This document shows positions 24,988-39,235 of a stretch of DNA of 64,000 nucleotides, one piece after another. The notes under the pieces were generated by a model that was not told where the DNA came from, did not search any database, and saw only the letters and a list, made by a program, of their open reading frames with translations. A program made the translations under genes and the position numbers. This DNA is from Tubiluchus corallicola (taxonomy: Eukaryota > Animalia > Priapulida). The stretch is from NCBI GenBank assembly GCA_030141605.1, contig JAQGDQ010000071.1, positions 58,821 to 122,820 of the forward strand, in the 5' to 3' direction. Position 1 is the first letter of the stretch. Each line of letters starts with the position of its first letter.

Positions 24988-27718
24988 CAAGACCGGGTCG
25001 ACAAAGTAAATAGCGGATCGAACTTACGGTTTTCTTTTAATCCGAGTAGATAATCCATCAGGACGGTTCCACCATGTCATGAATCTTGTTTTTTTCATAC
25101 TAAATCAGTAAGAGTTCATTCAAACCAAATCACGAAATGATATCGAACTCCAGAATAAATGTACAAATCTTTCGTTACATTTCACTAATCGCATTTTGTC
25201 TGAAAAATTAGTGTCGATCGAATAGATTAATGTATAAGCACATTGTGGACTTTAACAAAGTTCATGACATATTCGGCTACTCGCGAGAATGCGCGAAAAT
25301 GATGAGACGAACTCGTGGCTCCCTCTTGCGATAAACATTCACGAGGTCATTACACTCTGCAATCAGTGTAACAAATGCGGCTTCCGGTACTCGCGGGAAA
25401 GCGCGAAAATGACGAAATTAAACTCGTGGCTCCCTCTTGCAATGAAAATTGGAATGATCACACACGCTGCGATCAGTGCAAAAAATGTGACTTCTAGCGC
25501 GAGAACCACTTCACCTGGGAAGGGAAATAACGCAAAAGCATTTTCACTACAAAAAAGACATTGTTGGTAATTATGCAAATCTTTGTTTGGCTTCAATTGG
25601 AAATTGTGCTAAGGTTTCATCATTCTCATGTGTTTATGAAATAAATTTATTAGTATTACTACCACTGTGATAAGTGAAATGCTTATTAAATATTACTACG
25701 TCAGGAAAAAATAAAAATGCACAAAATTGTCTTTTTTTGGTATTATCGTCCCTACTACGTATTTGAGTCGTACCAACGTATGATACAGGATCAACGTCTT
25801 TTTTGTTCTATTTACGTTTTTGCTCAATAAACTGTCTATTATAGGTATGAACCTATTAGGATAATTGTTGCTTGATACTTTTTCGTAAAAAATACATTAA
25901 AGTCGACCTTCCAAAATTAAATTCTGTGTTTGCGCTGATACAGATTTTTTTGTACGCACGTTTTTACAACCGCAAAACTTATGTTGTCATTTGCGGTATT
26001 GTGGGAAATACGGGGAAATTTTAGCCCATTTTACACAAGGCTTTCTAGAAAAAACCTTTGTTTCATGTTAATGGTTTAAGAAAGTATAAACAGCAGTATT
26101 GAGGGAAGTGTGGGAAAATTTTAGCGCGAAATTTAAGCGCATTTTACACGAGGCTTTCTAGCAAAAAAAAACCTTTGTTTCATGTAAATGGTTTAAGAAA
26201 GAGTAAACAGGCAGTACTGCGGGAATGCGGGAAAATTTTAGCGCGAAATTTTAGCGCATTTTACACGAGGCTTTCTAGAAAAACCTTTGTTTCATGTTAA
26301 TGGTTTAAGAAAGTATAAACAGCAGTATTGAGGGAAGTGTGGGAAAATTTTAGCGCGAAATATAAGCGCATTTTACACGAGGCTTTCTAGCAAAAAAAAA
26401 CCTTTGTTTCATGTAAATGGTTTAAGAAAGAGTAAACAGGCAGTACTGCGGGAATGCGGGAAAATTTTAGCGCGAAATTTTAGCGCATTTTACACGAGGC
26501 TTTCTAGAAAAACCTTTGTTTCATGTTAATGGTTTAAGAAAGAGTAAACAGGCAGTACTGCGGGAATGCGGGAAAATTTTAGCGCGAAATTTTAGCGCAT
26601 TTTACACGAGGCTTTCTAGAAAAACCTTTGTTTCATATTAATGGTTTAAGAAATGGTAAACAGGCAGTATTGCGGAAAAATTTCAGCGCATTTTACACGA
26701 GGCTTTCTAGAAAAAACCCTTGTTTCATGTTAATGGTTTAAGGAAGGGTCAACAGGCAGTATTGCGGGAAATGCGGGAAAATTTTAGCGCATTTTACACG
26801 AGGCTTTCTAGAAAAAAGCATTTGTTTCATGTTAACAGTTTAAGAAAGGGTAAACAGGTAGTATTGCGGGAGATGTGGGAAAATTTTAGCGCATTTTACA
26901 AGAGGCTTTCTAGAAAAAAACCTTTATTTCATGTAAATGGTTTAAGAAAGGGTAAACAGGCAGTATTGCGGGAAATGCGGGAAAATTTTAGCCCGAAATT
27001 TTAGCGCATTTTACACGAGGCTTTCTAGGAAAAAACCTTTGTTTCATGTTAATGGTTTAAGAAAGGGTAAACAGGTAGTATTGCGGGAAATGCGGGAAAA
27101 TTTTAGCGCATTTTACAAGAGGCTTTCTAGAAAAAAACCTTTGTTTCATGTTAACAGTTTAAGAAAGGATAAACAGGCAGTATTACGGAGAATGCGGTAA
27201 ATTTTTATTGCGAAATTTTTACGCATTTTACGCATTTCGCACAGAAAAATCTGTTTGCGTGTATCAGCGCGAACACAGAATTTAATTTTGGATAGGCCAG
27301 TTTAATGTATTTTTCACGAAAAAATATCAAGTAACAATAATCCTAATAGTTTCATACTTATAATAGACAGTTTAATGAGTAACAACGTAAAAAGAACAAA
27401 AAAGACATTGATCCTGAATCATAAGTTGGAATGATTCAATAGTAGTAAGGTCAATAATACCAAAAAAACACAATATTAACAAAATCACAATGATAATGAA
27501 AGCGGATAATTTTTTTCGTTATTTGCATTTTTATTTTTTACTAACGTAGTAATGTTTAATTTCACTTGTAATACTAATAATAGTAATACTAATTAATTTG
27601 TTTCATCAACACAAGAGAATGGCGAAACGTTAGCGCAATTTCCAATTGAAGCCAAGCAAAATTACATAATTAGCAAAATAACGCAACAATATCGTTTTTG
27701 TGGTGAAAATGTTTTTGC
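24988..27718. mobile_element. Foldback-type non-autonomous DNA element: long inverted arms around an internal 115/102-bp satellite
   Basis: 25530-25960 is the reverse complement of 27240-27718; 25995-27235 is the satellite of 19232-22033 in reverse orientation; left terminus CAAGACCGGGTCGACAAAG matches the inverted end of the copy at 48268; right arm truncated. Confidence 0.75.
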
Positions 27719-28404
27719 AGAGTTATTAGGAAGGACTGAAGACAGTTTTTTAACTGCTATTTTTATTTTCGTTTTTTTTCATTAAAGAGTTTGAATTTGT
27801 GAAGACTTAAATTATAAATTACTAAGGCTATCAATACCCATCAATACGTCTGAGGTATGACTCGAAAATCGTTAAAATACGTCTATTTTTGAGGAGCAGT
27901 TCTTCCTAGGAAAAGCCACACCTATTCAAACGAAAAGAAAAACTAGTAAAGTACAGATGATGATGATGTATTAATGCACTAATAGTGTTAGGATACGCGC
28001 AATTTTGATAAGCCAAAATCATTTTTGTGTATTTAATAAAAGAAGAATATCTCATATAAAAGCAATCATTTTTAAAAAAACTAAAAACATTGCATGAAAA
28101 GGAAAAGCAGTTACAGCAATAAGTTTATATTATGTACTTGCAAATACTTCTTCAGTTTTCTGGTAAGTAAAGTCTTACTTTTCTTCCCGAGAAAGGGGGC
28201 TAGCAGACCGTGTGATGTTAAAAAGTATTAACTCTATGGATAACATGCCTTTTAGTGGTTGAAAATGCGTTGGAGGTTTTATCTTAACTTATTATTTAGT
28301 GAGAGAAGAATTGCTTTTAAACACTAGACTTTTATACAAAATTATTCAAACACCTAGATAAAAGACAGAAAGTGAAAGTAAGAGGTAACATATTTCTATT
28401 ATTA

Positions 28405-28526
<122 letters not shown>

Positions 28527-28879
28527 ACGTTAACCAATGATTATCATGTGCTCCTTACCACATATATATACGATTCATTTCAAATTATTGTAAGCGCAAT
28601 ACATTTATTCAGTTAGCTGCGTCAATAAATAAAGAAACAATGTAGGATAGTAGTTAAAAAACTCATACATTTACACAAATAAAATGTGCCATTAACTAAC
28701 GTACATATACGATATTGAGTTTGATTTTACATCACAGAATCACAAATTATTCGCAACATAAATATTGTAGAATGTAATTAATTTGCAGATTGTCTAAAAA
28801 TGAAAAATCGCTTCTGATTAAGTCATTTAAAACATCTTTAACAAATGAAATAGTGAGGCTTTGAGCCCACGTAGGCTCT

Positions 28880-29460
28880 CCAGTTTTCTTACATGTCAAT
28901 CTTTTAATTTTTAAATGATTACATTTATCTTAGTTACCATTGCATTTAAATTTAATAAATTGCAGATTGTAACCGAATGTTGACTGCACAGAATACGTTG
29001 TGTTTCTCGCAAAAAGTTCATAACCGTATTACTGCTATTAATACATGACATAAATAATTTCATAAATCTGATTTCAAACTGGGTACTCGGACGAAGCACA
29101 CCCGATAAATGAGGTAGCAAAAACCTAGGGGCTTGGTATGGCAAATGCCAAAATGTACGTACGCCTATGTTCCAGCAGATATCAATGTTATTAATAAGAG
29201 TGTTATCAATCGTCCACATTTGCGAACAATGAAAGTTGTGACAGTGCAGTTGATACAGTCTTAATACAGCTATTAAGAAACGAGAAGTCATATATAACAC
29301 TGTTTGCACGATAAATAAAATCTCTACGTTTACATGGAATCTCAGTGTTAGAAGATAAATTACATGTCAGAATGGTTGAGTCGCAAAAAGACATGAATGT
29401 GTTATTGAGTTTTACTGGTTTTGCACCTATATTGTGCCTTTGCGTAATAAGGAAAATCAA
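28880..29460 (-). mobile_element. Non-LTR retrotransposon ORF2 3' remnant (RTE-X-like)
   Basis: KRRDFIYRANSVIYDFSFLNS / HCHNFHCSQMW...WNIGVRTFWHLPY parallels the C-terminus of the LINE at 16322-16849. Confidence 0.7.
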
Positions 29461-29769
29461 ATCCTGTTCATCTTGTTCAGTGATTTCCGCAAATCCAGTA
29501 CGCAGACCACTTCAAAAAATGAGCCATTCTTCATCTTTCTCCGGGAAACTTAAAGCATGTCGCAAGCTAGACTTGTGCAGAAAATCCAGAAATCCTAAAA
29601 CGAGCTCTCGGGTCTCTCCACAACAATAATTTGTCTATTGTCCAGCAATTTAAGGTTACAATGCCTATTATTTAGCATCACGTCTTGTGAAACTTCTGAC
29701 AAAACTTATTATTACTAAAGCACAAAAAGAATTAATTGAGAACAAGAACTGGAAAAATTTCTAATTTCT

Positions 29770-30000
29770 AAGGATCAACACAATTATCGCAAATATATCT
29801 AGTCATCCCAAATGCATCACTCTTCATGGCACAAGTTGTAACAAACGGTGCACTGAATCCAAATTTCACCTCCTTTGCTGATTAAACACCATGGTTCTTC
29901 CGACTTCTCCGTATTTGTCTTAGTCATAACACTTGCCGTTTTCGCATGTTTAACACTTGTCTTTTCTTTGGGTTTTCCACTTAGCTTTGTCTTAGAAGCA
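29770..30000 (-). mobile_element. Remnant resembling the Lys-rich/PHD-finger C-terminus of pogo-type DDE transposases
   Basis: Minus strand reads SKTKLSGKPKEK...EEPWCLISKGGEIWIQCTVCYNLCHEE then, frameshifted, YICDNC. Confidence 0.45.
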
Positions 30001-31410
30001 CTTTAAAATTATTTTCACCTAACAACAACAGTCCGTAATGGTCTGCCGCTAGGGCGACAGTAACTGCGCGAACAGCTTGCGCACCTAACAACAACAGTCC
30101 GTAATGGTGTGCCGCTAGGGCGACAGTAACTGCGCGAACAGCTTGCGCACCTAACAACAACAGTCAGTAATGGTCTGCCGCTAGGGCGACACTAACTGCG
30201 CAAACAACTTGCACGGTAGCGTACCTGACAACAACAGTCCGTGCCGCTAGGGCGACACTAACTGTGCAAACAGTTGTGCAGTAGGGTCTCGAACTTTCTG
30301 ACTTCGTGCAATGGTGTTCCATGGAAAGGCTAACTGAACGGGACAATTTCTCCTTCCTACATCCAGTTACTGGACGACAATGACGTCACTGAACTTTGAC
30401 GACTATTCATTACTGTACCTACGTCCTGTCCTCCACCTATACAGCAATCAGACTGCAAAACAACCTAGCTTCCAGAATCATACCTTCAACAGATTAATTT
30501 AAACATTTTGTGAAAATTAAGCATGATTAATGATGAAGTTATATAAGCATAACTGATTAAACACCATGGTTCTTCCGACTTCTCCGTATTTGGCTTTGTC
30601 ATAACACTTGCCGTTTTCACATGTTTAACACTTGTCTTTTCTTTGGGTTTTGCACTTAGCTTTGTCTTAGAAGCACTTTAAAATTATTTTCACCTGACAA
30701 CAACAGTCCGTAATGTTCTGCCGCTAGGGCGACACTAACTGCGCGAACAGCTTGCGTACCTGACAACAACAGTCCGTAATGGTCTGCCGCTAGGGCGACA
30801 CTAACTGCGCAAACAACTTGCACGGTAGCGTACCTGACAACAAAAGTCCGTGCCGCTAGGGCGACACTAACTGCGCAAACAACTTGCACGGTAGCGTACC
30901 TGACAACAAAAGTCCGTGCCGCTAGGTCGACGCTAATTGCGCGAACAGCTTGCACGGTAGCGTACCTGACAACAATAGTCCGTGCCGCTAGGGCGACACT
31001 AGCTGCGCGAACAGCTTGCGTACCTGACAACAACAGTCCGTAATGGTCTGCCGCTAGGGCGACACTAACTGCGCAAACAATTTGCACGGTAGCGTACCTG
31101 ACAACAAAAGTCCGTGCCGCTAGGGCGACACTAACTGCGCAAACAGTTGCGCAGTAGGGTCTCGAACTTTCTGACTTCGTGAAATGGTGTTCCATTGGAA
31201 GACTAACTGAACGGGACAATTTCTCCTTCCTACATCCAGTTACTGGACAACAATGACGTCACTGAACTTTAACGACTATTGATTACTGTACCTACGTCCT
31301 GTCCTCCACCTATACAGCAATCAGACTTCAAAACCTTCATACCTTCAACAGATTAATTTAAACATTTTTGTGAAAATTAAACATGATTAATGATGAAGTT
31401 ACATAAGCAT
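29880..31410. repeat. Tandem duplication (~29880-30555 / ~30555-31410), each copy with a 66-bp minisatellite
   Basis: GATTAAACACCATGGTTCTTCCG at 29880 and 30555; 66-bp units at ~30015-30280 and ~30692-31152. Confidence 0.9.
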
Positions 31411-32154
31411 AGGAACTAGTTACATAATTAACAAGCATGAGCATCATACGTGTATAATTAATTACACAGAGCAGTTGGTGTATATCATAAATTAGCAACT
31501 CCCTGTGGGTTCGCTAAGGGTTACGTCATGGGCGTAAAAGCGCTCCATGATGTTTTTCGAGAAATACAAGAAAGATAATTAATAAGTTAATTTGACAACA
31601 TTTTGCTGAAAAAATATATTCCAATTTGTTCAAAGGTAAGCTGACTATAAAACAAGTTAAACTTGGTTTTTATTATATTCTTCCTTTAAGGTTGTACACA
31701 GATTTTTATATTAAAATTAAAAGTTAAATTACCAACTAAAGTAGATTATAATGAAAAGAGAATAATGTTCAGTTAGAAATTAAGTTTCAATTCTATCGTT
31801 TAGAATATAAAAAAAGGAATTAAAATTTCATAGTTTGTTTTAATTTAGATAGCCAACATTTAATAGCTATTAGTCTGTTTGAGTGTTTGAGTAGAACTGT
31901 TTTACAAAAAATTCAAAATCATTGAAGAACAATTGGAGTCGAACGTGCGGAGTACGTCACAAACTGACAAATTTGAACTGAGAGGTAGAGCACCTGTTTT
32001 TTGTGCAACACGTTTCCGAAACACACGCGCTAGTACCCGTCTAACTGGCGAGTGGCACAATGCATGTAACAGCGAAGAACTAGTGGGATGAGTTTCTTCT
32101 TAATGCGTTGTTGAGCCACCGTAATCATAACGGTTGTGGTGTAATAATACAATA

Positions 32155-32397
<243 letters not shown>

Positions 32398-34239
32398 AGG
32401 ACTATTTTTCATATCGAATTTTAATTACGGTAAAGTGTATTAACGGTTTTACTTCTTATAAATAATGCCGATAATTAATTAATAGCGTTAAAAATTTAAT
32501 TAACGGTCAGGGAGTGCACAGCAAATGGTGACGTCAGAAGATCTGAAACGTAATTTTTAGCGAGAGAAACATACCGTTAAGCGCATAGCAGGCGCTTGCG
32601 GAAGCGAAAGTTGAAACGCAATGCTACTACTGTACAATACTTACTGTAATACACAAAACTACGCAAAAATAGTGTTCTAAATGTGTACAATCCCAACAAA
32701 TCCCATACAAGTCCAACAGATACCGAGGTTTTCTTAACTTATTATTACACAAAGAAACCACTTTACTTTTAAAAAAAGAAAGGTATAAATTAAACAGGCT
32801 AATTGGCATTTTTGTTTCAAATTTCGAAAGAGAAAACTTTCGTTAAGCCGCCATGTTTCGCGGCTTTGGCGCGTGCGTCGAGTGAGCGAGAATGACACGT
32901 GATCTGCGCATAAAGCTTCCATGGTCATAATTATGGCGGCTTGCATGTGCGCTATCAAATTAGACAGAATGTTTAAATTATTATATATAAGGGCCATTTG
33001 TTGCTCTTCAAATTTAGTTAAAATGTTTGTGTTCAACGAAAAATTTTCCCAAGTAACCTTTTATTTTAGTTCGGGTATAATTTTTAAGTTAAATAATTTT
33101 ACCCAAATCTACATACTTTAGCATTATGTATTTGATTTAATCGGCACTTTAAAAGCAAAAGTCTAACCACTATTAGTCTAAAAAAACTCGCATTCAAAAC
33201 GTATACTTTGGCGAAATTCACAACAGCTTTTTCACTTCGGTTCAACAGTGGCAGACCTGCATTGGACAGCTGGAAAATAACATTCACAAATTAAAAATGA
33301 TTTGTGGTATATAAAATGTACAAGCTTAAAGTTTCAATTGCAAGCTGTCGCAAACGTTACCACTATGCTAAAATTGTAAAACTATTATTTCCCTCCTGCC
33401 TCATACGATGTGATGCTATACTTTCATTTATCTGTGTCTCTGTCTGGTTTCTATAGCACATACAGTGACAAGTTAAACTTACTGCATTATCAGAGGGGAG
33501 TAGCTATTTACTGAGCCAGTTATGAAAAATTTGTAACGTATCATAAGATTTATTGAGACTTTAAACATCAGTTATGCGGTTTGAAAAAATAAATTAAAGT
33601 TTCATTATGCATATTAGAGAATTGATTATTATAATTATAAATTTATTACCTAACGTGCAATTTCTCGGCACTAAAAGCTTCCACCCCACCTTACCTATTG
33701 TGTGCAACAATTATAGCTAAGAGTACTGTGTAATGTGACACTGCCTCAAGGTCAAGCGTTCTCGTTCAAGGTGACGTGGATGAATCACAGTAGTTCGCAA
33801 GAATGAGCCAGAATTTCGTTAAGAAGACAGGTGCTTTAAAAATCTGCGTTAGGAATTACTTCAGTTTAAAATGAGATCTGGTTAGGTCTACTAGAAAGAT
33901 TTTACCAACGCACTCATCTGCTGACTGAAGCCAGTAATATGTATAACTTATGCAGTAAAGATTTATATAATATGAATACTTGCACTCCAAATCTCATGCT
34001 TTAAAGTTTATTTTTTTCTGATAATGGAGTCCTACACAAATAACTCATGAAAGTGTCCTATGGTTGTAACGCAACTGTAGAATTTCTCCCGATAGTCTCT
34101 CTCCTGCCTCCTTTCAACATACAATGCTGCTCTCTTGTTTCGATAATTTCGTGCACCATTAACGGTGATAATAAACTCTGTCATAGTATTATTAAGCAAA
34201 AAATTGCAAATAATTTGACTTCTGGACGTGTTTCAAAAT

Positions 34240-36260
34240 CACGCGGTTTCTGTGTGAAATGAACTTTCTTGCTGCTTGGGTTTTCGCGAATGTGCTCGAA
34301 AATGTTCTGAAAATTTTCTAATTTCCTGATACCAATTCCACATTTTCTTGGCGCACCCAGTGTGAAATGGGCCTTAGCTTTACCTAAACGTGTTTCAACT
34401 AATATGGAGAAAAAGTTAATACCCAATTAAACTCAGTAATTATCACAGGCACTTAAAATAATTTATAGATAAATAAACAATTTTATTAAAACTTTTACAT
34501 TAAAAACTTAAAATGATGCCGAATGTTTTGACAGGCTACTGCTGTCGTCATTCACAATCATACAAGCAAGTTAATATAGGCAGAGCCTACAGTGTAGAAC
34601 ATTATACATTAATTAAGTATTTAGCAGAAGCCAAATAGGTAATGAATAAGCAGACCTGAAGAAGCCATGTGTAGTGCGCTAAATTTAGAGCATGGCGCCC
34701 AATTAAATGATAGTGTACAGTATGTATCCAACAACTCCGCCATTTTAATTTGTAATGTATTCACGCTACCGCCATACTGGCTGTGACGTAGCTGAGCTGC
34801 GTGCTGGTAGATGCGCAAACAGCGCTCCATGGTTTTTCCCACTGATACAAGTAAGCTAATTACGCATTAATTAAGCAACGCAGCGCAAACCTTTTTACGC
34901 CAAATTACTGTCCAGTAATTCAGTTATAAATAAATTTAACTTGATTTTCGTGATATCCCTCCTTTAAATCACCTCTCTTAGTCATCTGTCAAAGACTTTA
35001 GTAAAAAAAATCGAGCAAAGTAGGAAAGAGATGTCAGTCAGAAGCTCGAATTCCAGGATAGCATGGCGGCCTTTAAATTCCGCATTATGATGAGCCATTT
35101 TGTATAGTTGTTCTTTAATGTAATTAATGACTTAAATAATGAATATCTCTTAATTACAAATGTTATCGTAATTAGTAATGAATTGTTTATAAACTAACTG
35201 CATATACCTTTTGTAACAAGTCATCTAGCACACACAAAAGTCACTCAATAAAACATTACAATGACTCAGTTTTAGTTCCAGCACTAATAACAAAAAAATA
35301 GGGAAGCAAATACACAAAGCAACTAACTTAAATAATTAACATGGCACGTATATACTAGGCCAAGAAGCACCTGGGTCAGACCATACGCTTTTATACAGGC
35401 ATTAAAGGTCAGCTGGCTCCTCACACCACGTGTAGGCCCAAACAAGACGTCTGGATGTACAGGGAAGGGGCGAGTCGCTGCTAAAGTGGAAGCAGGCCGT
35501 ACAGAGGGCGTTATACAGACCCGACAACAGGTGTCCCTGTAACAATATTATGTTTATCATTTCATATCATTATAACAATAAGACTTATATAAGTTATAAA
35601 AATGATTTATCTACGTTTGTCTCGACCGCAAAATAATTTTCTAGGCTTGCAAATGGCTAGTCTTTTATAAAGATGCAGACCGCATTTTTTTAATATCAGC
35701 TCAAAGTCTTTCTGCAGTTTTGAACTTTAATTTATATTATTAAATCAGACATTATCAATCGATTCAATCACTGGTGTGTGTATTGTAACACTTTACTCTT
35801 CTACCAGATGTTCAAATTTTCGCGTTCATTTAATTAAACATTATAAATCAAATGAATCATTGAAACGTTATTTAACACCTTCCCTCTTTGTCTTAGGTCA
35901 CATGTTCAATTTATCAGGTGAATCACTGTTCCTGTTTAATCCATTAACTCTTTATCTTACACCATATGCTCAATTTATCAGGTGAATCACTGTACTTGTT
36001 CAGTACATTAACTCTTTGTCTTCTTACATCAGATGCTCAGATGCCAAACTTCCCTATTTAAATGGGGCGTCATCAATCAATACAAGTGCATTATAATTCA
36101 CACTTTGCGCCATTCTATCAATCCAGAAACATCAAATTGCCAAATTTGGAAATCTTAATGTAAATTTAGTCGCACCTTAGCATCACATGAATTATAGTTA
36201 CACTTATATTAATAATGAAAATAGCGCAATGATATTAACAATTTTCAGTAAACTTTTTTC
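34240..36260 (+). repeat. Local duplication, paralogous to 40430-42570
   Basis: Colinear similarity from GAAATGAACTTTCTTGCTGCTTGGG (34256/40446) to GAATTATAGTTACACTTATATT (36190/42508). Confidence 0.92.
35212..35544. mobile_element. Probable short solo LTR (paralogue at 41641-42002)
   Basis: TGTAACA...TGTAACA ends (TG...CA, near-inverted); AATAAA on the minus strand of the paralogue; no TSD visible. Confidence 0.4.
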
Positions 36261-36799
36261 CACACTTATAGACCATGTAAGTATTTGGTAGCAATTGTTC
36301 AACCAGATGTTCAAATTTTTAGGCACATTTAATTAAACATTATAAATCAGGTGAATCATTGAAACGTTATTTAACGCTTTCGCTCTTTGTCTAACACCAG
36401 ATGTTCAGTTTAACACCTGTGCCTGCCATTAAATACATTAACTCTTTGTCTTATACCAGATGTTCAGTTTATCAGGTGAATCACCTGTGCCTGCCTTTAA
36501 ATAATTCAACTCTTTGTCTTACACCAGATGATCAATTTATCAGGTGAATCACGAAACCTGATTAACATCCTCACTTTTGTTTCACACCAAATTTTAACAC
36601 TTAATGCAAGTTTAGTAGAACTTTGTTATAAAAATTTGAAATAAAAACTTTATTAGCTTTTTTTAGAAACACACTTATACATCATGTACGTATTCCCTAA
36701 TTATTGTAAGCTAAAACATAATATACATTTTCTCTGGTTTTTATATATTTTTTTGATCCAGGCCCAAAATAAATAAGCCCTGTGTGAGTACAGTATCTA

Positions 36800-36997
<198 letters not shown>

Positions 36998-37579
36998 GGG
37001 AATTAAGAAAACGCACTCAATAAATAAGCATAGAATATTAAATTAGGTTGATGTTTGAGCAAACATAAAACAGAAGGTGTGAGTCATTTATCTGAAGCAT
37101 CTAACTGAACTAATTATAGTTTAAATATGTATGGAATATAAAATGAAGATGAAACGTAGGCAGGCAGTGTTAGTCACGTATTAATTATTAATTAGTTTGG
37201 CACGCAGCATCAGTGTGTTAATTTTCATGAAATACCGTCATTTTCGTTATATAATATCGTAACAAAATATCGTTTTTGCGACTCCTAATATATTAGACTG
37301 TCTACATAAATATCAAAAAATATTTTAAGAACTTCTGCTTATGGCTACGCGGAATTTGATATCTATGTTGAACTAGTGAAATGTTAAAGATTTTAGACCT
37401 ACGTGTTATCAAATCTACTGAAACTTCTTTGTAAAAGCAATAACTTTAGTAAATCTCACATCAAAATGAAGAAAAGAGCAATTTATTATGCTGCAGTCAG
37501 CTCCACAACAAACACAACAATGGCTCATTTGTGATGTACACAACATGTCCCCCCCCCTCAAATTTCTGACTTTCCCTCA

Positions 37580-37757
<178 letters not shown>

Positions 37758-38874
37758 TATTGTATTAATATACCACATCCGTTATGTTTACGGTGGCTTA
37801 ACAACGCATTAAGAAGAAAGTAAACTCGTTGATTATGCGTTAAAAATGGCAGATTGAATGAACACAAAGCAAGAAATAAACTTAGTGTTTTGAGGTAACA
37901 AACAAAAGGTCTGATTCATTTACTAGATACATCTAATTTAATTATTTGTCAATTAAATATGTATGAAATAGAAATCAATTAGTTAGGATTTAGATGGACT
38001 TTAATAGAATGGATCTCTGCAGAGCTTTAAGCAGAAATTGATGAAATATTTAATGACGGCAGAGGCTGTTAGCTACAAGTACAGACCATACGGTGAGAAT
38101 AAAAAAGCAGACAATTTCATATTCGTTACTAACAGACTGCTGAAAGTCATTTAGGGATAGAAAAGACGTATATACGTATATAAAATAAGATGTTTACAGA
38201 AATAAAAAATTAGGCATTTTTGGACTAGATCTTTTCTTATATTTGAATATTAGTTAACAGAACAAGATGATACTTCAATGCAAATAATGCTGTTTGTATA
38301 AAAGTGCCAGCTTTATACAGAACCATTTCCGTATTCGTATTCCTATGAAGTGTATGCAGTTATACAAAAGATTCAAAAGCTGGCAAAAACTGAAAAATTA
38401 AAAAACTAGAATATAAATAAAAAGTCACAAAAAACGAAATAAAAAAGACACAATGTTTCGGGACATTGCTGCTCACTGCCTCCTAACGAAAGGCACAGTG
38501 AAATTCCTTCAAAATTCACAAAGAAGCCGCCCAGAAAAAAAACGTATTGTAATAAGAAGACGGAAATGGTCTGCAGGATAATTTGATTTTATTTCAGACA
38601 TTTACACTCCTTAGAACAATAAAAATAAGGCACAAGTAAAAACACAGAGTCAGTATACAGAAACATAATAAGCTTTTATACAAGGGCATTGTTTAATCAA
38701 ATCTCCACTCATTAAAATGAGAAGCGTTTCAATTTTATGAATTCCTACTGAGATACTGCGGAATGTTTACTGTTGCGACAAGAGGCTTATCAAGTCTTTA
38801 AGGCGCCCTATGCAGTTATCTCTGTCCTGTCATCTCTATTGTGAATTTATGATTGCTTATATAATTTACAACAT

Positions 38875-39235
38875 TAGTTTATGAAAAACTACGTACGTTT
38901 GACAGCTCATGCGTCAGCGCAGCGGTAAATTGAAAATTGAATTTTAATCTTAAAACTTCCCCAGTTTTAGTAAAACACACTGTATATCTTACAGTAGATG
39001 TGTACTTCAATTTTCGCTTTCGCATGCACGTGCAACATGCTCGTGGAATGCTTTTGCTCTTGAAAATTATGTTAGTTTGTGAGGACATCAATAGTTGGGC
39101 TCACCCGCCGTTAATTAGGTTTTTAATTTTTTATTTAATTATCAGAAACGCTCTTGTAGTCACAATTGTGTTAAAATGCATACTTTTATCTGATATGAAA
39201 ATGGGGTAGTTTAAGAAAAATCATCCTGTCTTCCT
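38875..39235 (+). mobile_element. Right-end fragment of the Kolobok/T2-MITE-like family
   Basis: Matches 5820-6173; ends CATCCTGTCTTCCT. Confidence 0.6.
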
